This document shows, piece by piece, positions 13,160 to 25,475 of a DNA stretch of 64,000 nt (position 1 is its first letter; the number at the start of each line of letters is the position of its first letter). The stretch is from Octopus vulgaris (lineage: Eukaryota), in assembly GCA_951406725.2 (NCBI GenBank), contig OX597816.1:38750001-38814000 (forward strand), written 5' to 3'. Both the position numbers and the translations under genes were made by a program. Under the pieces are notes generated by a model. It searched no databases, was not told where the DNA came from, and saw only the letters and a list, made by a program, of their open reading frames with translations.

Positions 13160-13386
13160 GTTTGTTTTGAAATTTATTCCTCAGATTCTTTGTTATTAGC
13201 TTTACTGAGAAATCAATAAAGGCTTCTTCATAATGTGATGCTTTTCTTTTTATAAGCAGAAGTCCAATTTCAAAGAGGAAGTGGAGAATATTGAATTACT
13301 GAGTTGTATCTTATAGACATCTCTTGACTTGCCCTGCTATGACAATATCACTGAAGTTATTTCTTTATCTATGTATTTATCTGCTT

Positions 13387-13421
<35 letters not shown>

Positions 13422-13726
13422 TGAAGGTACATGGCTTAGTAGTTAGGGTATATGGCTCACAATTGTAAGATCGGGAGTTGAATTCCTGGCATCATGTTGT
13501 GTCCTTGAACAAGACACTTTATTTCATGTTACTCCAATCCACTCAGCTGGCAAAAATGAGTTGTACATGTAATTCAAAGGAGCCAGCCTTCTTACATTCT
13601 ATGTCTTACTAAAACTCCTTGAGAACCACATTAAGAGTACTTGTTTGTGGAGTGATCAGCCACTTACTCATTAATTTCATGAGCAGGCTCTTCTGTTGAT
13701 CAGATCAGCTGGAACCTTTGTTCCAG

Positions 13727-13767
<41 letters not shown>

Positions 13768-14395
13768 ATGATAAACTCAAGCATGTTGCTTGGCAACACC
13801 TTCAACGGTTTTAGTCAATTACGTCAACCTTAGTGCTTAAACGGTTACTCGTTCTTTACTTGTTGAATATCCTGAGTTATGTCCCTGTAACGAGAACTAC
13901 CTCCCTTCTCTGAACTTCTCTCTGTTCTCGTAAAGCAATTAAGTTAAAACTGCAGTGGAAGATATCCAAAGTTACTTTGCTGTGGAACAAGACCTTGAGC
14001 TATATGGTTGTGAAGTTAACTTCTTAACCACAAAGACATTTCTCTACCCATATTGTTTTTTTTTATTTGTATTTATTTTTTGCTGGTCACACTCATTGAA
14101 CTGTGGTCATACTGGGGCATCACTTTCATTTTATTTTTAGCCTATCATTTCAACCCCAGCACATATTTCAGTCTTTTGCTTAAGTGCATGTGTTTGTGTG
14201 TTGAACTGTTTCCTTTCATTGTCAAAATGGTAACTCAACCATTTCATCACACACACACACACACAATTATTTGGTTCGGATCTTACTGATTGTCGGCATT
14301 AGCTTGGAAGCCTCCAGCATGTAATTGGCTAAGAATACTAATGAATAAATTTTCCTATTATCCATTCACAAGATTAATTAACATAATTGCACAGT

Positions 14396-14730
14396 GAAGG
14401 CACATGGCTTAGTGGTTAGGGCATTCGGCTCACAATTGTAAGGTCGTGAGTTCGATTCCCGGCGACGCATTGTGGCCTTGAGCAAGACACTTTATTTCAT
14501 GTTGCTCCAGTCCCCTCAGCTGGCAAAAGTGAGTTGTACCTGTATTTCATAGGGCCGGCCTTGTCACACTTTGTGTCATGCTGAATCTCCCTGAGAACTA
14601 CGTTAGGGGTACGCGTGTCTGTGGATTGCTCAGTCACTTGCACGTCAATTTCACGAGCAGGCTGTTCTGTTGATCGTATCAGCTGGGACCCTCGTCGTCG
14701 CAACCGACGGAGTGCTCCTACTACTACTAA
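14396..14730 (+). mobile_element. tRNA-derived CORE-type SINE
   Basis: A box TGGCTTAGTGG, B box GAGTTCGATTCC, core CCTTGAGCAAGACACTT; related copies at 13422-13727, 56643-56950, 45945-46330(-), 49255-49513(-). Confidence 0.85.
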
Positions 14731-14809
14731 CATAATTGTAAATATTTAATGATATCAGGTATTTTGCTACTCCAATCCCTGTAGCAACATTAACTATATG
14801 TTATGCCGT

Positions 14810-15115
14810 GAAGAAATATAAACGAAGAATGACAATTCAGTACATGCTACAAATGTTTCAGTCACATGGCAAGTTACAATCAGTGTATTACATAAGCCAA
14901 AACCATCAGAGGTGCTTAGTGTTGTCCTCCTAAAAGTATTCGTGAGATCGAATTTTTTTACATTTGATTTCTTTCTTCTGATGGTTCCAAAATGCCAAAA
15001 GAAATATCTGGCAATTTTGATTTCTTTAATATACTAATTCCCCCAAAAATTTACATGCTTTTGAAACATTTGTAGCATGTTTTGAACTGTCCTTGTCCAT
15101 TTGTCTTCATTTCTT
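14810..15115. repeat. Inverted-repeat element whose arms contain hammerhead 3' halves
   Basis: GACAATTCAGTACATGCTACAAATGTTTCA (14831-14860) is nearly the reverse complement of 15062-15091; both arms read GAAAC-ATTT-GTA-GCATG outward. Confidence 0.65.
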
Positions 15116-15138
15116 ATATGAATAAAGGCATGGTTGTG

Positions 15139-15368
15139 TTAACCCTTTAGCATTTAAACCGGCCATATCCGACCAAAAGTATTCTGCCTGTTTTATGTTC
15201 AAACTGGCTAGATCTGGTCTCTCACACCAACCCTACAATGTCATTCTAAAACCTTCACAGTTACCTCATCAAAATCTCATAGCTACGAGATAATGCATGA
15301 TAAGTTCAAAACAATGTGGATAAAAACGGATTAATTTTGGCAGAATAATGCGAACACTAAAGGGTTAA
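15139..15368. mobile_element. piggyBac-type MITE, family A
   Basis: TTAA-CCCTTTAG...CTAAAGGG-TTAA; copies at ~17700-17923, 21540-21765, 50844-51068, 59034-59262. Confidence 0.8.
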
Positions 15369-15688
15369 GAAGTTCATTTCCCATCTACATGGTTTTGTTT
15401 CACTTCTATTACAAGGCTCCTGTAGTCCCAGGCTGACCTGATGCTCAGGTGTGAATTTGGCAAATGGAAACTAAAAGAAGCCCATCATATATGTGTGTGT
15501 GTGTGTTCTTTTACATTTGGGCTTTATGAAAGTTTGAAAGTTGCTGCAAGTGGTGGTGGTGGTGGTGGTGGTGGTGGTGCTGTCAGTTCCTCTGTCAACA
15601 AATTTCCTGCTCTCTCTCTCTCTGTGGGAAATATGCAGTAAGATATCCCTTACTTGCAAAAGAGATAGAGTTTAGCAACAACAAAAGC

Positions 15689-15995
15689 ATCATCATCATC
15701 GTTTAACGTCCGTTTTCCATGGTTGGACAGTTCAACTGGGGTCTGGGAAGCCAGAAGGCTGCGCCAGGCCCAGTCTGATCTGGCAATGTTTCTACGGCTG
15801 GATGCCCTTCCTAACGCCAACCACTCCGTGAGTGTAGTGGGTGCTTTTTACATGCCACCTGCACAGGTGCCAGACGAGGCTGGCAAACGGCCATGATCGG
15901 ATGGTGCTTTTTACGTGCCACCGGCACAGGGGCCAGAAGAGGCTGGCAACGGCCACAATCGGATGGTGCATTTTACGTGCCACCGGCACGGAGGC
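15689..15995 (-). mobile_element. RTE 3' UTR-derived element
   Basis: Reverse complement of the 3195-4016 family; other - copies at 20236-20570, 23150-23300, 29102-29470, 32180-32375, 33110-33316. Confidence 0.8.
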
Positions 15996-16419
15996 CTATA
16001 AAACAATACCTCAATAATATATTCATCTAACCCATACTTTCCTGAAAAAACGTGAATGTAAAATGAAAGATCAACTATACAGATAACTGACAAGCTTTTC
16101 CATAGTTTCTAACTTCCAGAAGTCATTAGTCAACTCAAAACTACCATGGAAAATATTTAACCAAAATGTCTTTCAGTGAGACTGAAATTGGAACCACAAA
16201 GTTGTAAAATGGACTTCTAAACATCACAGTTCTTACTGTGCCTAAGTCTATATTATTTATTTATTTATACATATATTTCTTATATTTTTCCAGTTATGTT
16301 TTATTTCATTTTATTTATCTTATCAGTTCCTATATTTTTATTTACACATTTTTTATGCCCTTCATGTTTATAAACTAATTTTGTAATTGGATTGCCTTAT
16401 TTTGCATAATCTCATACAG

Positions 16420-16491
16420 ATTTGGGTTGTTAGTTCAGCTGCACCACAACTACCAGTGTTGGTTGAAGATGCTGCTCGTCCCGAAACAGAC
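16420..16491 (+). CDS. DARS1: DARS1 exon
   Basis: IWVVSSAAPQLPVLVEDAARPETD; CAG acceptor, GTAAGT donor. Confidence 0.96.
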
Positions 16492-18314
16492 GTAAGTAAT
16501 AACCAGATGATCAGTCAATAACATGAAAGCCGTATTCCTGTTGTAATACAAAAGTTTATTTAGATGACAGTTTACTTGGAGGAATTGAAAGGATGCATTT
16601 TTAGAGTAGCAAATGCAGAATTTATTTGAAGAAAAGACAGAACATATTTTTTTTTTTTAAGACAAACTCATGATATGTATAGAACTTACTTGTTAAGAGG
16701 AAATAATTTGATAATCTTCAAAGGAGATAAAACCACTTTGTAAAAGATGTTTGTCTTATAAGAGGAGTAGAGAGCACAGGGTTTGTATTTCTAGCATAAA
16801 AACGCAGGTGTCATTTTTTTAGATAAAAATTAAAGAAAAGCTCTTTAGTGATGGCTGAATGTATTTTTAGTGTGGAACAGATGGATTAGTTCCATTCTGC
16901 TTTATATTTTGCATTTTGTCCTCAAGTAAGCATCTGTCGTATATATATCCTGGTTTTAGAACAAGTTCACTATATCCCTGTGTGGCATAAGAGGTGACTG
17001 ATAGGAGTGATGACAAAGAGGGCATCTCACCATAAAATACTATCTCAGAAAAAATGTCCAAGTCATACCATGGAAAAGTAGACATAAAGTGATGATAATT
17101 ATTTTTTTTACTCCATCCTACTACATGGCACATTGGGCAAGTGTCTTCTAGTATGGCCTCAAGCTGACTAATGCCTTATGAGTGAAATCGATTGACAGAA
17201 ACAAGATAGAAGCCTCTCATGTATATGTGTATGTGTACAAATGTTTATTACTACATATCTTCACATTTGACATAAGTGACGGTGATGTTAGGTTTACCTC
17301 CCTTATAAACAATACATTCTGAACTAGAGTTTCATTGGTTTTGAAATGTTAAAACAAGTAGAATAGAAATAGCTTAGTTGGAAAACAAACAAGTGTTGGT
17401 GACAGGAAAAGCTTCAGGCTGTAGAATACTGTCTCAATAAAATTTGTCGAACCCATATCAATATGGAATGAACAGATATAAAAATGGTGGTGATGGCAAC
17501 AGCAATGGTTGTGATGACAACAATGACAAGCTATTAGAAAAGAAATTGGAACTTTTATTTTCAAACTAAGACTGTGTGGACCAGTGGATAAGAATGATAT
17601 TAGCTTTAACTTAAAAATAAAGATTCTTAATAGGAATCAACTGTGATACAATGAATACATTCAAGAATAAGACACATGGTGAGCATTGTCAAGACATGGA
17701 CCCTTTGGCATTCAGATTACTCTGCCAGTGGAATGCTTGTTTATTTACATTATTTAGAATAATTCATGAATTATCTCATAGCTTCAAGATTTCTATGATG
17801 GGATTGCTTATATTTAGAGTGACATTGTAGAGTAGATGTGAGAGGCTGGAACTGGCTGGTTTGAATGTGAAACAGATAGAATATTTTGGCCAGATATGGT
17901 CAGTTTAAATGCTAAAAGGTTAAACTAATTGAAGCAAGGTGTAGTTGTAAATATTGAAATGTTTCTTCCTCAAAGGTAAGATTAATTAATTATAAATTAC
18001 AATCATATTAGCTTTCAACTACATGTGGTTTGTTGATGACTTTAAACTTGCCTGTCAATAGGGTAGCTTTCTCCTGTCAGCTCACATGATAAAATGATTC
18101 TCACCACCACAGATATGTGGAGTATCAAATATATTTGCACTTGGTGAGAGCTAACAACTATTTGCAGTTATCATTAACAAACTAATATATAAATACCAGT
18201 CACATTAAATGATGATGTCTTATGCTGCTCTATCTTCAACATCTATGTCAGCCTATATAGCACAGTCTTTGTTTTATATTATTTTATTATGTCCAACTTT
18301 TTTTTTATTGATAG

Positions 18315-18483
18315 GAGTTTGCCAAAGTAAACCAGGATACAAGACTAGATAACCGAGTAATAGATTTGAGGACATGCACAAGTCAAGCCATCTTTAAATT
18401 ACAAGCTGGCCTCTGTGCTCTCTTTCGTGACTTCTTAACAAAGAATGGATTTGTAGAAATACACACTCCAAAGATCATTTCTG
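18315..18483 (+). CDS. DARS1: DARS1 exon (class II motif 1)
   Basis: [20 protein letters not shown]...[12 protein letters not shown]. Confidence 0.97.
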
Positions 18484-19530
18484 GTACAAAATATTTTCTT
18501 CTCTTTATTTGCTTATTTATTGTTTTCATCCTTAGGTTTTGCATGACATTTCATTCTCTTGCCATTTGTATCTATGGAAATTTTAATGTCAAAAACTGCA
18601 GAGCAGTTGTTAAGCTTCTGGAGTAAAGCAGAAAAAATATGTCTTCTCTGTAAATGGATTTATGAATCTCATCATTTGACCTTCTCTCCAAAGAGGTAAC
18701 TTCTTTGTGGTCACTTGATTTGCTAGAAGCAGTAGCCAAATCTTCAAATCACATCCTACCATCTTAGAAAAAAACGTAAAAATACATTGGATATTGTAGT
18801 TCTAGATATATGATATTTGATAAAAAATACTGATGAGATGGTCATGGTTGAAATATTTCATCATGTGTCTTTAGTATCAGAGCTGACCTGGTGTTAAATA
18901 AACAACAGCTGTTATAAGATACACACTAGAATATATATATGTGTGAAAAGTCTATGTACAAGACCTATAAGAAAGGGTATGTATTTCAGTTGCTACATTG
19001 GTATGGAACTTGGAGAGTCAAGGATGGGCCTATCTGCTGAGCCCTTCCCAGAAAAAAAGACAGCCCTCTTGAATTTTGAGACAATCTACCACCACCACCA
19101 CTCCCAGGGCTTGAAAGTAGTGTTGTTCCACCTTCTTGGCGAATGTCTCTCAGACGACCTATTTACATGTTGGCGTTGCATTGAATATATCATTTCCTCG
19201 TGTGTTAATTCTACAACCTGGTTTCAATTCCTGTTTGAAGCCATTTCATTGTTTGTTCATTTGCTTTTTCATTTTATGTCTGTTTTTCCATGCCAGCTTG
19301 AGTTAGGTGAATACATTCTATTGAAACATTGTTTCACACCCAGGTACCTTTCTTCCTGCTAACTTTTGACTGTTCTTCAAGTAAAGAATTTCTTTATTCT
19401 GCATCTCTTTAACCCTTTTGATACCAACCCATCTGAAACTGCTGATGTTTCTATGTTACAAATTCTGTTTTAAAATAATCTAAATTAAAACTTTCCATCA
19501 AAATTTCATGTAAATTATATTCTAAACATC

Positions 19531-20004
19531 AGCTGAACGCCTTACTTCCCTGGGCATGGATACATTGAAACTCCGACGTTTGGCAGCTGACTTGGCAGAC
19601 ACCCATAAAATTATTAACCATCTTACAAACAATAACTCTGAGCACCTTTTCAGACTCCACCTGTCTAACACCCGTGGACATGTTTACAAAGTCAGAAAAC
19701 AGCACAGCTCCCATGACTTTCAGAAACATTTTTTCACGCTAAGAGTTGCTGAAGCATGGAACAGACTGCCGGCATCAGTTGTTAGTTGTCGGAGCACTGC
19801 ATCCTTCAAAACTTCCATGCTTCCTGAGATTCGCCAACACTACACCTGATTTTCTCCCCTCCATACACATGCAAGCATGTATCTGACTCATACACTGTTC
19901 ACTTTCCAGACATTTGTACATTAAGGCACATGCTTTATACGCACTTTTGACAAGTTGTGGTGCACCTGAGCACTGTATACAATAATTTCATTATTATTAT
20001 TATT
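19531..20004 (+). mobile_element. CR1-clade LINE 3' fragment nested in a piggyBac MITE
   Basis: LRRLAADLADTHKII..TRGH.YK..FFTLRVAEAWNRLP; (ATT)n tail; near-identical to 38960-39422. Confidence 0.88.
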
Positions 20005-21388
20005 TTAATAACGACAAAGTTATTTTACTAAATTCTTCACTATTTTCCAAATTAATTGAAACAAAGTCAGTGCATGCTGAGAGGAGTAAGGTAACAAAAT
20101 AGTTAAAAGAGCAGAACTCAACAAATCATCGGCTAGATAACTTGTTCACAAGGGAATGTCAACAAAGTTCACCATTTGTACCACATTTGTAACTTTTTCA
20201 TGCATAGCTCAGAAATTTAGCATTTGCCAAAACACATCATCGTTTAACGTCCGCTTTCCATGCTAGCATGGGTTGGACGGTTCAACTGGGGTCTGGGAAG
20301 CCCGAAGGCTGCACCAGGCCAGTCAGATCTGGCAGTGTTTCTACAGCTGGATGCCCTTCCTAACGCCAACCACTCCGTGAGTGTAGTGGGTGCTTTTTAT
20401 GTGCCACCGACACAGGTGCCAGACGAGGCTGGCGAACGGCCACGCTCGGATGGTGTTTTTTTTTTGTGCCACCGACACAGGTGCCAGGCGAGGCTGGTGA
20501 ACGGCCACGCTCAGATGGTGTTTTTTACATGTCACCGGCACGGAGGCCAGGTGAGGCTGGCACGGCCATGACATATGCACACATAATACACAATGCACAC
20601 ACACACACACACTCTGAGTTTTGTAGTTTTCATCTACCAAATTCACTCACAAGGTATTGATCAGTATGTGGCTACAATAAAAGGTAGCTGCCCATGATGC
20701 TGCACAGTAGGATTGAACCCCAATCTACAAGGTTTAAAAGTGAGCTTCCAGACCATGTAGCCATACTTTATTGATCTTATTAATCCCTGAACTTTTGTTA
20801 GTACCTCCTCTCAGGCTTTTTCTGTTTTACACAAGTTCTGTCTGATCATAGACATCCTCCTATGATTATAGGTATTATTTTGCTCTTTCTAACCATTTTT
20901 CATAGTCTAATTATGAATTAATTTGTATAACCACATTAATATACATGTATTAATTGTCTTGTTTCATTTTGACAATGTAATGGCTCTGCTCTTTACTTTC
21001 CTTACCTGCTTACCTGGAGAATGTTCACAGATATCTACATTCTACTAGATTGATATTGATGCTATATTTATCTGCTCTCTGTATTCTCTGTGCCAGTTTA
21101 TCGCTGTCTTATTCTACTAATGGATGTATTATATAAGAAATCACTAGAATTGATAAAGCATCCAACTAAAACCTTTGTAATATTTAGATGTCCTCTCTTA
21201 TGTTCTAATCAAACTTAAGCCTTTCGACCCTTTATGGGATCAGTAAAACAAGTACCGGTGGTATAATGGATTCAATCTAAATGACTACACCCACTTCACC
21301 TACTGCAAGTTATGTCTTCTGCCTTAACAAGGAATCGTTGTTGCAACTGTTATCGTTACATTTTTGTTTATTTCACAATTCTCTATAG

Positions 21389-21523
21389 CTGCATCTGAAG
21401 GTGGTGCCAATGTATTTGAAGTGACTTATTTCAAGACATCGGCTTATCTTGCTCAATCACCACAGCTCTACAAGCAAATGGCTATCTGCTCTGATTTTGA
21501 CAAAGTATTTACAGTTGGATCAG
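21389..21523 (+). CDS. DARS1: DARS1 exon
   Basis: [45 protein letters not shown]; donor GTAAGT. Confidence 0.98.
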
Positions 21524-22194
21524 GTAAGTTTCATTGCATAACCCTTTAGCATTCAGATTAATCTGTTAAATGTAAAGCCTGTTTAATTACATTGTTTTAA
21601 ATTAATTGTACAGCATCTTGTAACTCTGAGATTTTGATGATGTCCCTGTTTACTTTTGAGAATGACTTTGTAGGGTAGGTGTGAGAGTTCAGAGCTGGCT
21701 GGTTTGAGCATAAAACAGTAAGGCTATTTTGGCCTGATATGGCCGGTTTGAACACTAAAGGGATAAATAACAAACATTTTGTTTTCTTTTATCATTCTGC
21801 AAATGAAAACCAAAATGTCTATTATCTTGTGAATTCCTTGTGTGTGTGTGTGTGTGTTTTTTTTTTTATTACACTTATTGAAATGTGAAGACAATAGCAA
21901 ATACAAATTTACTGTATTAGTCTCTTCTTTGTCTAAAAACAACAAATCTCAGAATAATTTGATGGGAGAATTTGGGAGCTGATGTTAAATAACTTTACTT
22001 TGTTAATTTATGAATCCATAACTCTTGTCACACAAGTAAGGAAGAGTAATGGATGTTTCTGTAAAGATTCCACTTCATTACAAACTGTAAATAATCTGAC
22101 ATGGCATAAGTAAAATGATATACTTCTGTTTTTGTCATATTCTTAGTTTACAAATGTCTCTTAGCTTTCTCTTCCTGCTACTCTGAATGAAAAA

Positions 22195-22521
22195 TGTTGG
22201 GACGGACTTCTGATCTTATTTAATAAGCAAACATTTGCTACATAAACAATTGTCAAGTATAGATGTCTTGCAAACAACTTGCACATGCAAGTGTATGGAG
22301 TCATCAGGAGAGAAAGCGTGCCGTTTCGGGGCCTACCTCTCGAATGCATCAATGCGCACCAGCCCCCCTCCTGATATGAGGCCCTGCTTCCTTGATCAAC
22401 TGGTTTCAAATAAAGCTCAATATTCTTCGCGCTATCGCTCATCGTCTCTTTTTAGCCAAATCCAGTGGCTAGCCTTTTCCACTGTAGTTTGGATATCGGT
22501 CATTGTGAGTTAGGCCTAACA
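22195..22521. mobile_element. LTR-like CpG-rich insert
   Basis: TGTTGGGAC...GGCCTAACA termini (imperfect inverted repeat, TG..CA); AATAAA at ~22409; TSD unclear. Confidence 0.4.
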
Positions 22522-23039
22522 ATAACTTCTGATCTTATTTAATAAGCAAACATTAGCTACATCAACAATTGTCAAATATAGTCAGAATAATTATCATTGC
22601 CATCATTTAAGGCCCACTTTTCCATGTTGGCATGGGTCAGGTAGAATTTGTTAAGGCATATTTTCTGTGACTGGATGCCCTTCCTGTCACCAACCTTCAC
22701 TTGTTTCCAAGCAAAATGATATTTCTGATAGCCAGATATATTTTCCACAGAAGACTGGGAATGAACAACTCTGCTTGTATGATAGTGATGCTCATTTACA
22801 ACCATCATATGATGTCAAGTTGCGTACATGCACACAGTTATCATCATGCATATGTATATGTTGCCACCAATTTCCTGTCCAACCATGCAGCCACAGAAAC
22901 TCTCTTTACTCAAGTAATTGTTGTCGCTTACTAAACAATGTTATCCATCATGACATTATGTGACCTTCCTCGACCAATTGTAGCCCATCTACAGGTAGCT
23001 ATCTTGGACTTCCTGTACCTCTCCATTCTTTCGAAATTT

Positions 23040-23096
23040 CCATCAGCCTAAGGAGACAGGCACAGTCGGGGGCTTGTGAAACTTGAAGTAGCATGG
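23040..23096 (+). ncRNA. Degenerate type I hammerhead-like motif (G5A)
   Basis: CCAU(CA)GC-CUAAGGA-G-ACAGGC(10 nt)GCUUGU-GAAAC-UUGAA-GUA-GCAUGG; followed by the same pLTR-like tail as the 4409 motif. Confidence 0.5.
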
Positions 23097-23296
23097 AATT
23101 GTTGTTCATACACCTGTCTTCATCTTTTGTTTTCCTGTAAATTTCAGCTTTCATCATCATCATCATCATCGTTTAGCGTCCGCTTTCCATGCTAGCATGG
23201 GTTGGACGGTTCAACTGGGGTCTGGGAAGCCAGAAGGCTGCACCAGGCCCAGTCTGATCTGGCAATGGCCACGATCGGATGGTGCTTTTTACGTGT

Positions 23297-23347
<51 letters not shown>

Positions 23348-23829
23348 TGGTGAATATATTATCTAAATTACTCAAAAATGAAAATAAAACTGACATCTCA
23401 TTTTAGCAGATATATTTACCAATATTACTAGACATAGAGTCTTCTAGCAGACACCCTCTTGACATAGGGCAGCATTACCTCCTCCAGGCACTTGATGTAG
23501 GTCTCTGTGTTGAGTCTGAGGCCATGTGGGAAGATGAATTGAGGCATAACGTTGCCATCACTAGTGATCACTCCAAACACCATGATGTTGACTGGGTGTA
23601 CTGTCTCAGTACATGCACTGTCCTCAGATTGACACCCAGTCACCCTGAAAAGTCATATTAGAGCTTCTGGTGCAAATGCCAAGCGGTACAGCATCTCATT
23701 TCTAAATTTCTGGCAGAGTGAATTGCATCATGATGCTGTTTTTCTCACAGACAGTGCTCAACTGACCCTACTATACTGCGTAGTCGACAAAATTAAAATG
23801 TAGAAAATGGTGACAGTTTACCCATTACA

Positions 23830-24100
23830 GTTCTATATTTAAGAGATGAGGAATTATGTACATTATTTACAATTGACGGATATTTGTCCTCATCTTGTTT
23901 GTTGTTAACACAACGTTTTGGCTGATACACCCTCCAGCCTTCATCGGGTGTCTTGGGGAAATTTCAAACCTGGGTTCTCATTCCTAAGGTATTTTTCAAT
24001 GTTGTTATTATTATTATTCAGGTCACTGCCTTGAATCGAACTCGGAATCTTGGGGTTAGTAGCCCAAGCTCTTAATGACTACGCCATATGCCCGTGGGCA
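23830..24100 (-). mobile_element. tRNA-headed SINE carrying a hammerhead motif
   Basis: Head with A-box-like TGGCGTAGTCATT and B box GAGTTCGATTC, (AAT)n linker, hammerhead 23908-23951; 13-bp TSD TTTACCCATT(A/G)CA at 23817-23829 and 24108-24120. Confidence 0.75.
23908..23951 (-). ncRNA. Degenerate minimal type I hammerhead motif (U4C, G12A)
   Basis: ACAC-CCGAUGA-A-GGCUG(10 nt)CAGCC-AAAA-C-GUU-GUGU; stems I and II perfect; palindromic AACGUU. Confidence 0.65.
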
Positions 24101-24125
24101 TATGAAATTTACCCATTGCACCCTT

Positions 24126-24179
<54 letters not shown>

Positions 24180-24511
24180 AATCTCTGAAAGTGGCAGCCA
24201 CTCCCTGTCACCAAACAGTGTGTAGATAATGGAAAAGATATATCCATCATGACATTATGTGACCTTCCTCGACTGATTGTGTTCCTCATATTTTACCTGT
24301 AGTCAGTGTAACAGGTGTAGCATACATGATGTTTATAACTATCTCCTTTTCATCAACAAGCTTAACTCTATAATAAAAATTTTCCTCCCTCTTCTCCCCT
24401 TTTGTTTTCATGAAAATTAAGATGCAAAATTATTTCTTTATAGTAGTTTCTCTTTTTTGTGTATGTTTTTCTACCTGTAAACCAGTTTTGTATATATATT
24501 TTATTAATTAG

Positions 24512-24659
24512 TATTCCGGGCTGAAGATTCCAATACTCATCGGCATCTCACAGAGTTTGTGGGTCTGGATTTGGAAATGGCTTTCAAGTATCACTACCAT
24601 GAAGTTATTGACCAAATTGGTGATTTGTTTGTGGCGATTTTCAAAGGCCTTCGTGACAA
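24512..24659 (+). CDS. DARS1: DARS1 exon (class II motif 2)
   Basis: [49 protein letters not shown]. Confidence 0.98.
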
Positions 24660-25406
24660 GTAAGTTGCTATGACTGTGGTTGATGTTTAAGGATTTGAGG
24701 TTGAATAAAAACTGAACAACTGTAGAGGATTCCAGCATGTTGAATATACAGCCAACACATTCTAAATCTGATACATAGGGGCAAATATGGATAGCATGAA
24801 CAGGTATGCACATGCGTGTGTATGAGGGTGAATGTTTACTTCTGCACTTTGCATGAAATTTAATTGAAAAACATGTTAGTTGATAGTTTCTAGTTCTTTA
24901 CCTTCAAAAACAAATGGAATATAAAGAATCCCCAATTTGGAAAACAGATAAGGATTAGCAACAAGAAGGGCATCTGGCTGCAAACCAATACCTCAGTAAT
25001 ATGTGTTCATCCAAGCCATTGGTACCATGGAAAAATGGACATAATACAAACAATTTAAATGCATAGAACAAACATAATTTAATGTTATATCATTATATTG
25101 TTGGACTTATATTAATACATGAAGCAAGCACAGGCGTGGTTGTGTAGTTGAGAAGATTGCTTTGCAACCATGGAACTGCAGGTTCAATCTCTCTGCATGG
25201 CATCATGCATAAGTGACTTCTATTATAGCCATAGACTAACCAATGCCATCTGGGTGAAAATTGTGAGATGGAAACAGTATGGAAAATTGTTGAACTATTA
25301 ATTTCTCAGTAATATGTATAATGATAATTTCTTGGATTAAAAGTTCACTAATATTTTTCCAGATCTCTGTAACAGTTTTTTTTTCTTTTTCAAATTTTCT
25401 TTTCAG

Positions 25407-25475
25407 TTTTGCTGAAGAAATTGCAACTGTTCACAAACAATTTCCTGCTGAACCTTTCAAATTTTTGGAGCCAAG
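25407..25475 (+). CDS. DARS1: DARS1 exon
   Basis: FAEEIATVHKQFPAEPFKFLEP; phases 2/2. Confidence 0.97.

Larger units (their letters stand above)
23343..24126 (-). mobile_element. Tc1/mariner-superfamily transposon remnant, interrupted by a SINE
   Basis: HPVNIMVFGVITSDGNVMPQFIFPHGLRLNTETYIKCLEEVMLP (ORF 23428..23643); TIR-like ATTTACCCATTGCACCCT at ~24107-24124; flanked by (TA)n. Confidence 0.75.

Noticed and set aside
14396-14470. tRNA genes at SINE heads (also 24019-24098, 42250-42320, 46255-46330)
   Set aside because: A/B boxes are present but there is no complete cloverleaf, and each continues into a SINE body.
22295-22335. Type II hammerhead on the - strand (GAAAC...CTGATGA)
   Set aside because: No stem I hairpin between UH and CUGA, and no stem II pairing.
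24508-24813. 101-aa - strand ORF (also 31186-31401, 61404-61610)
   Set aside because: Antisense shadows of real + strand exons.
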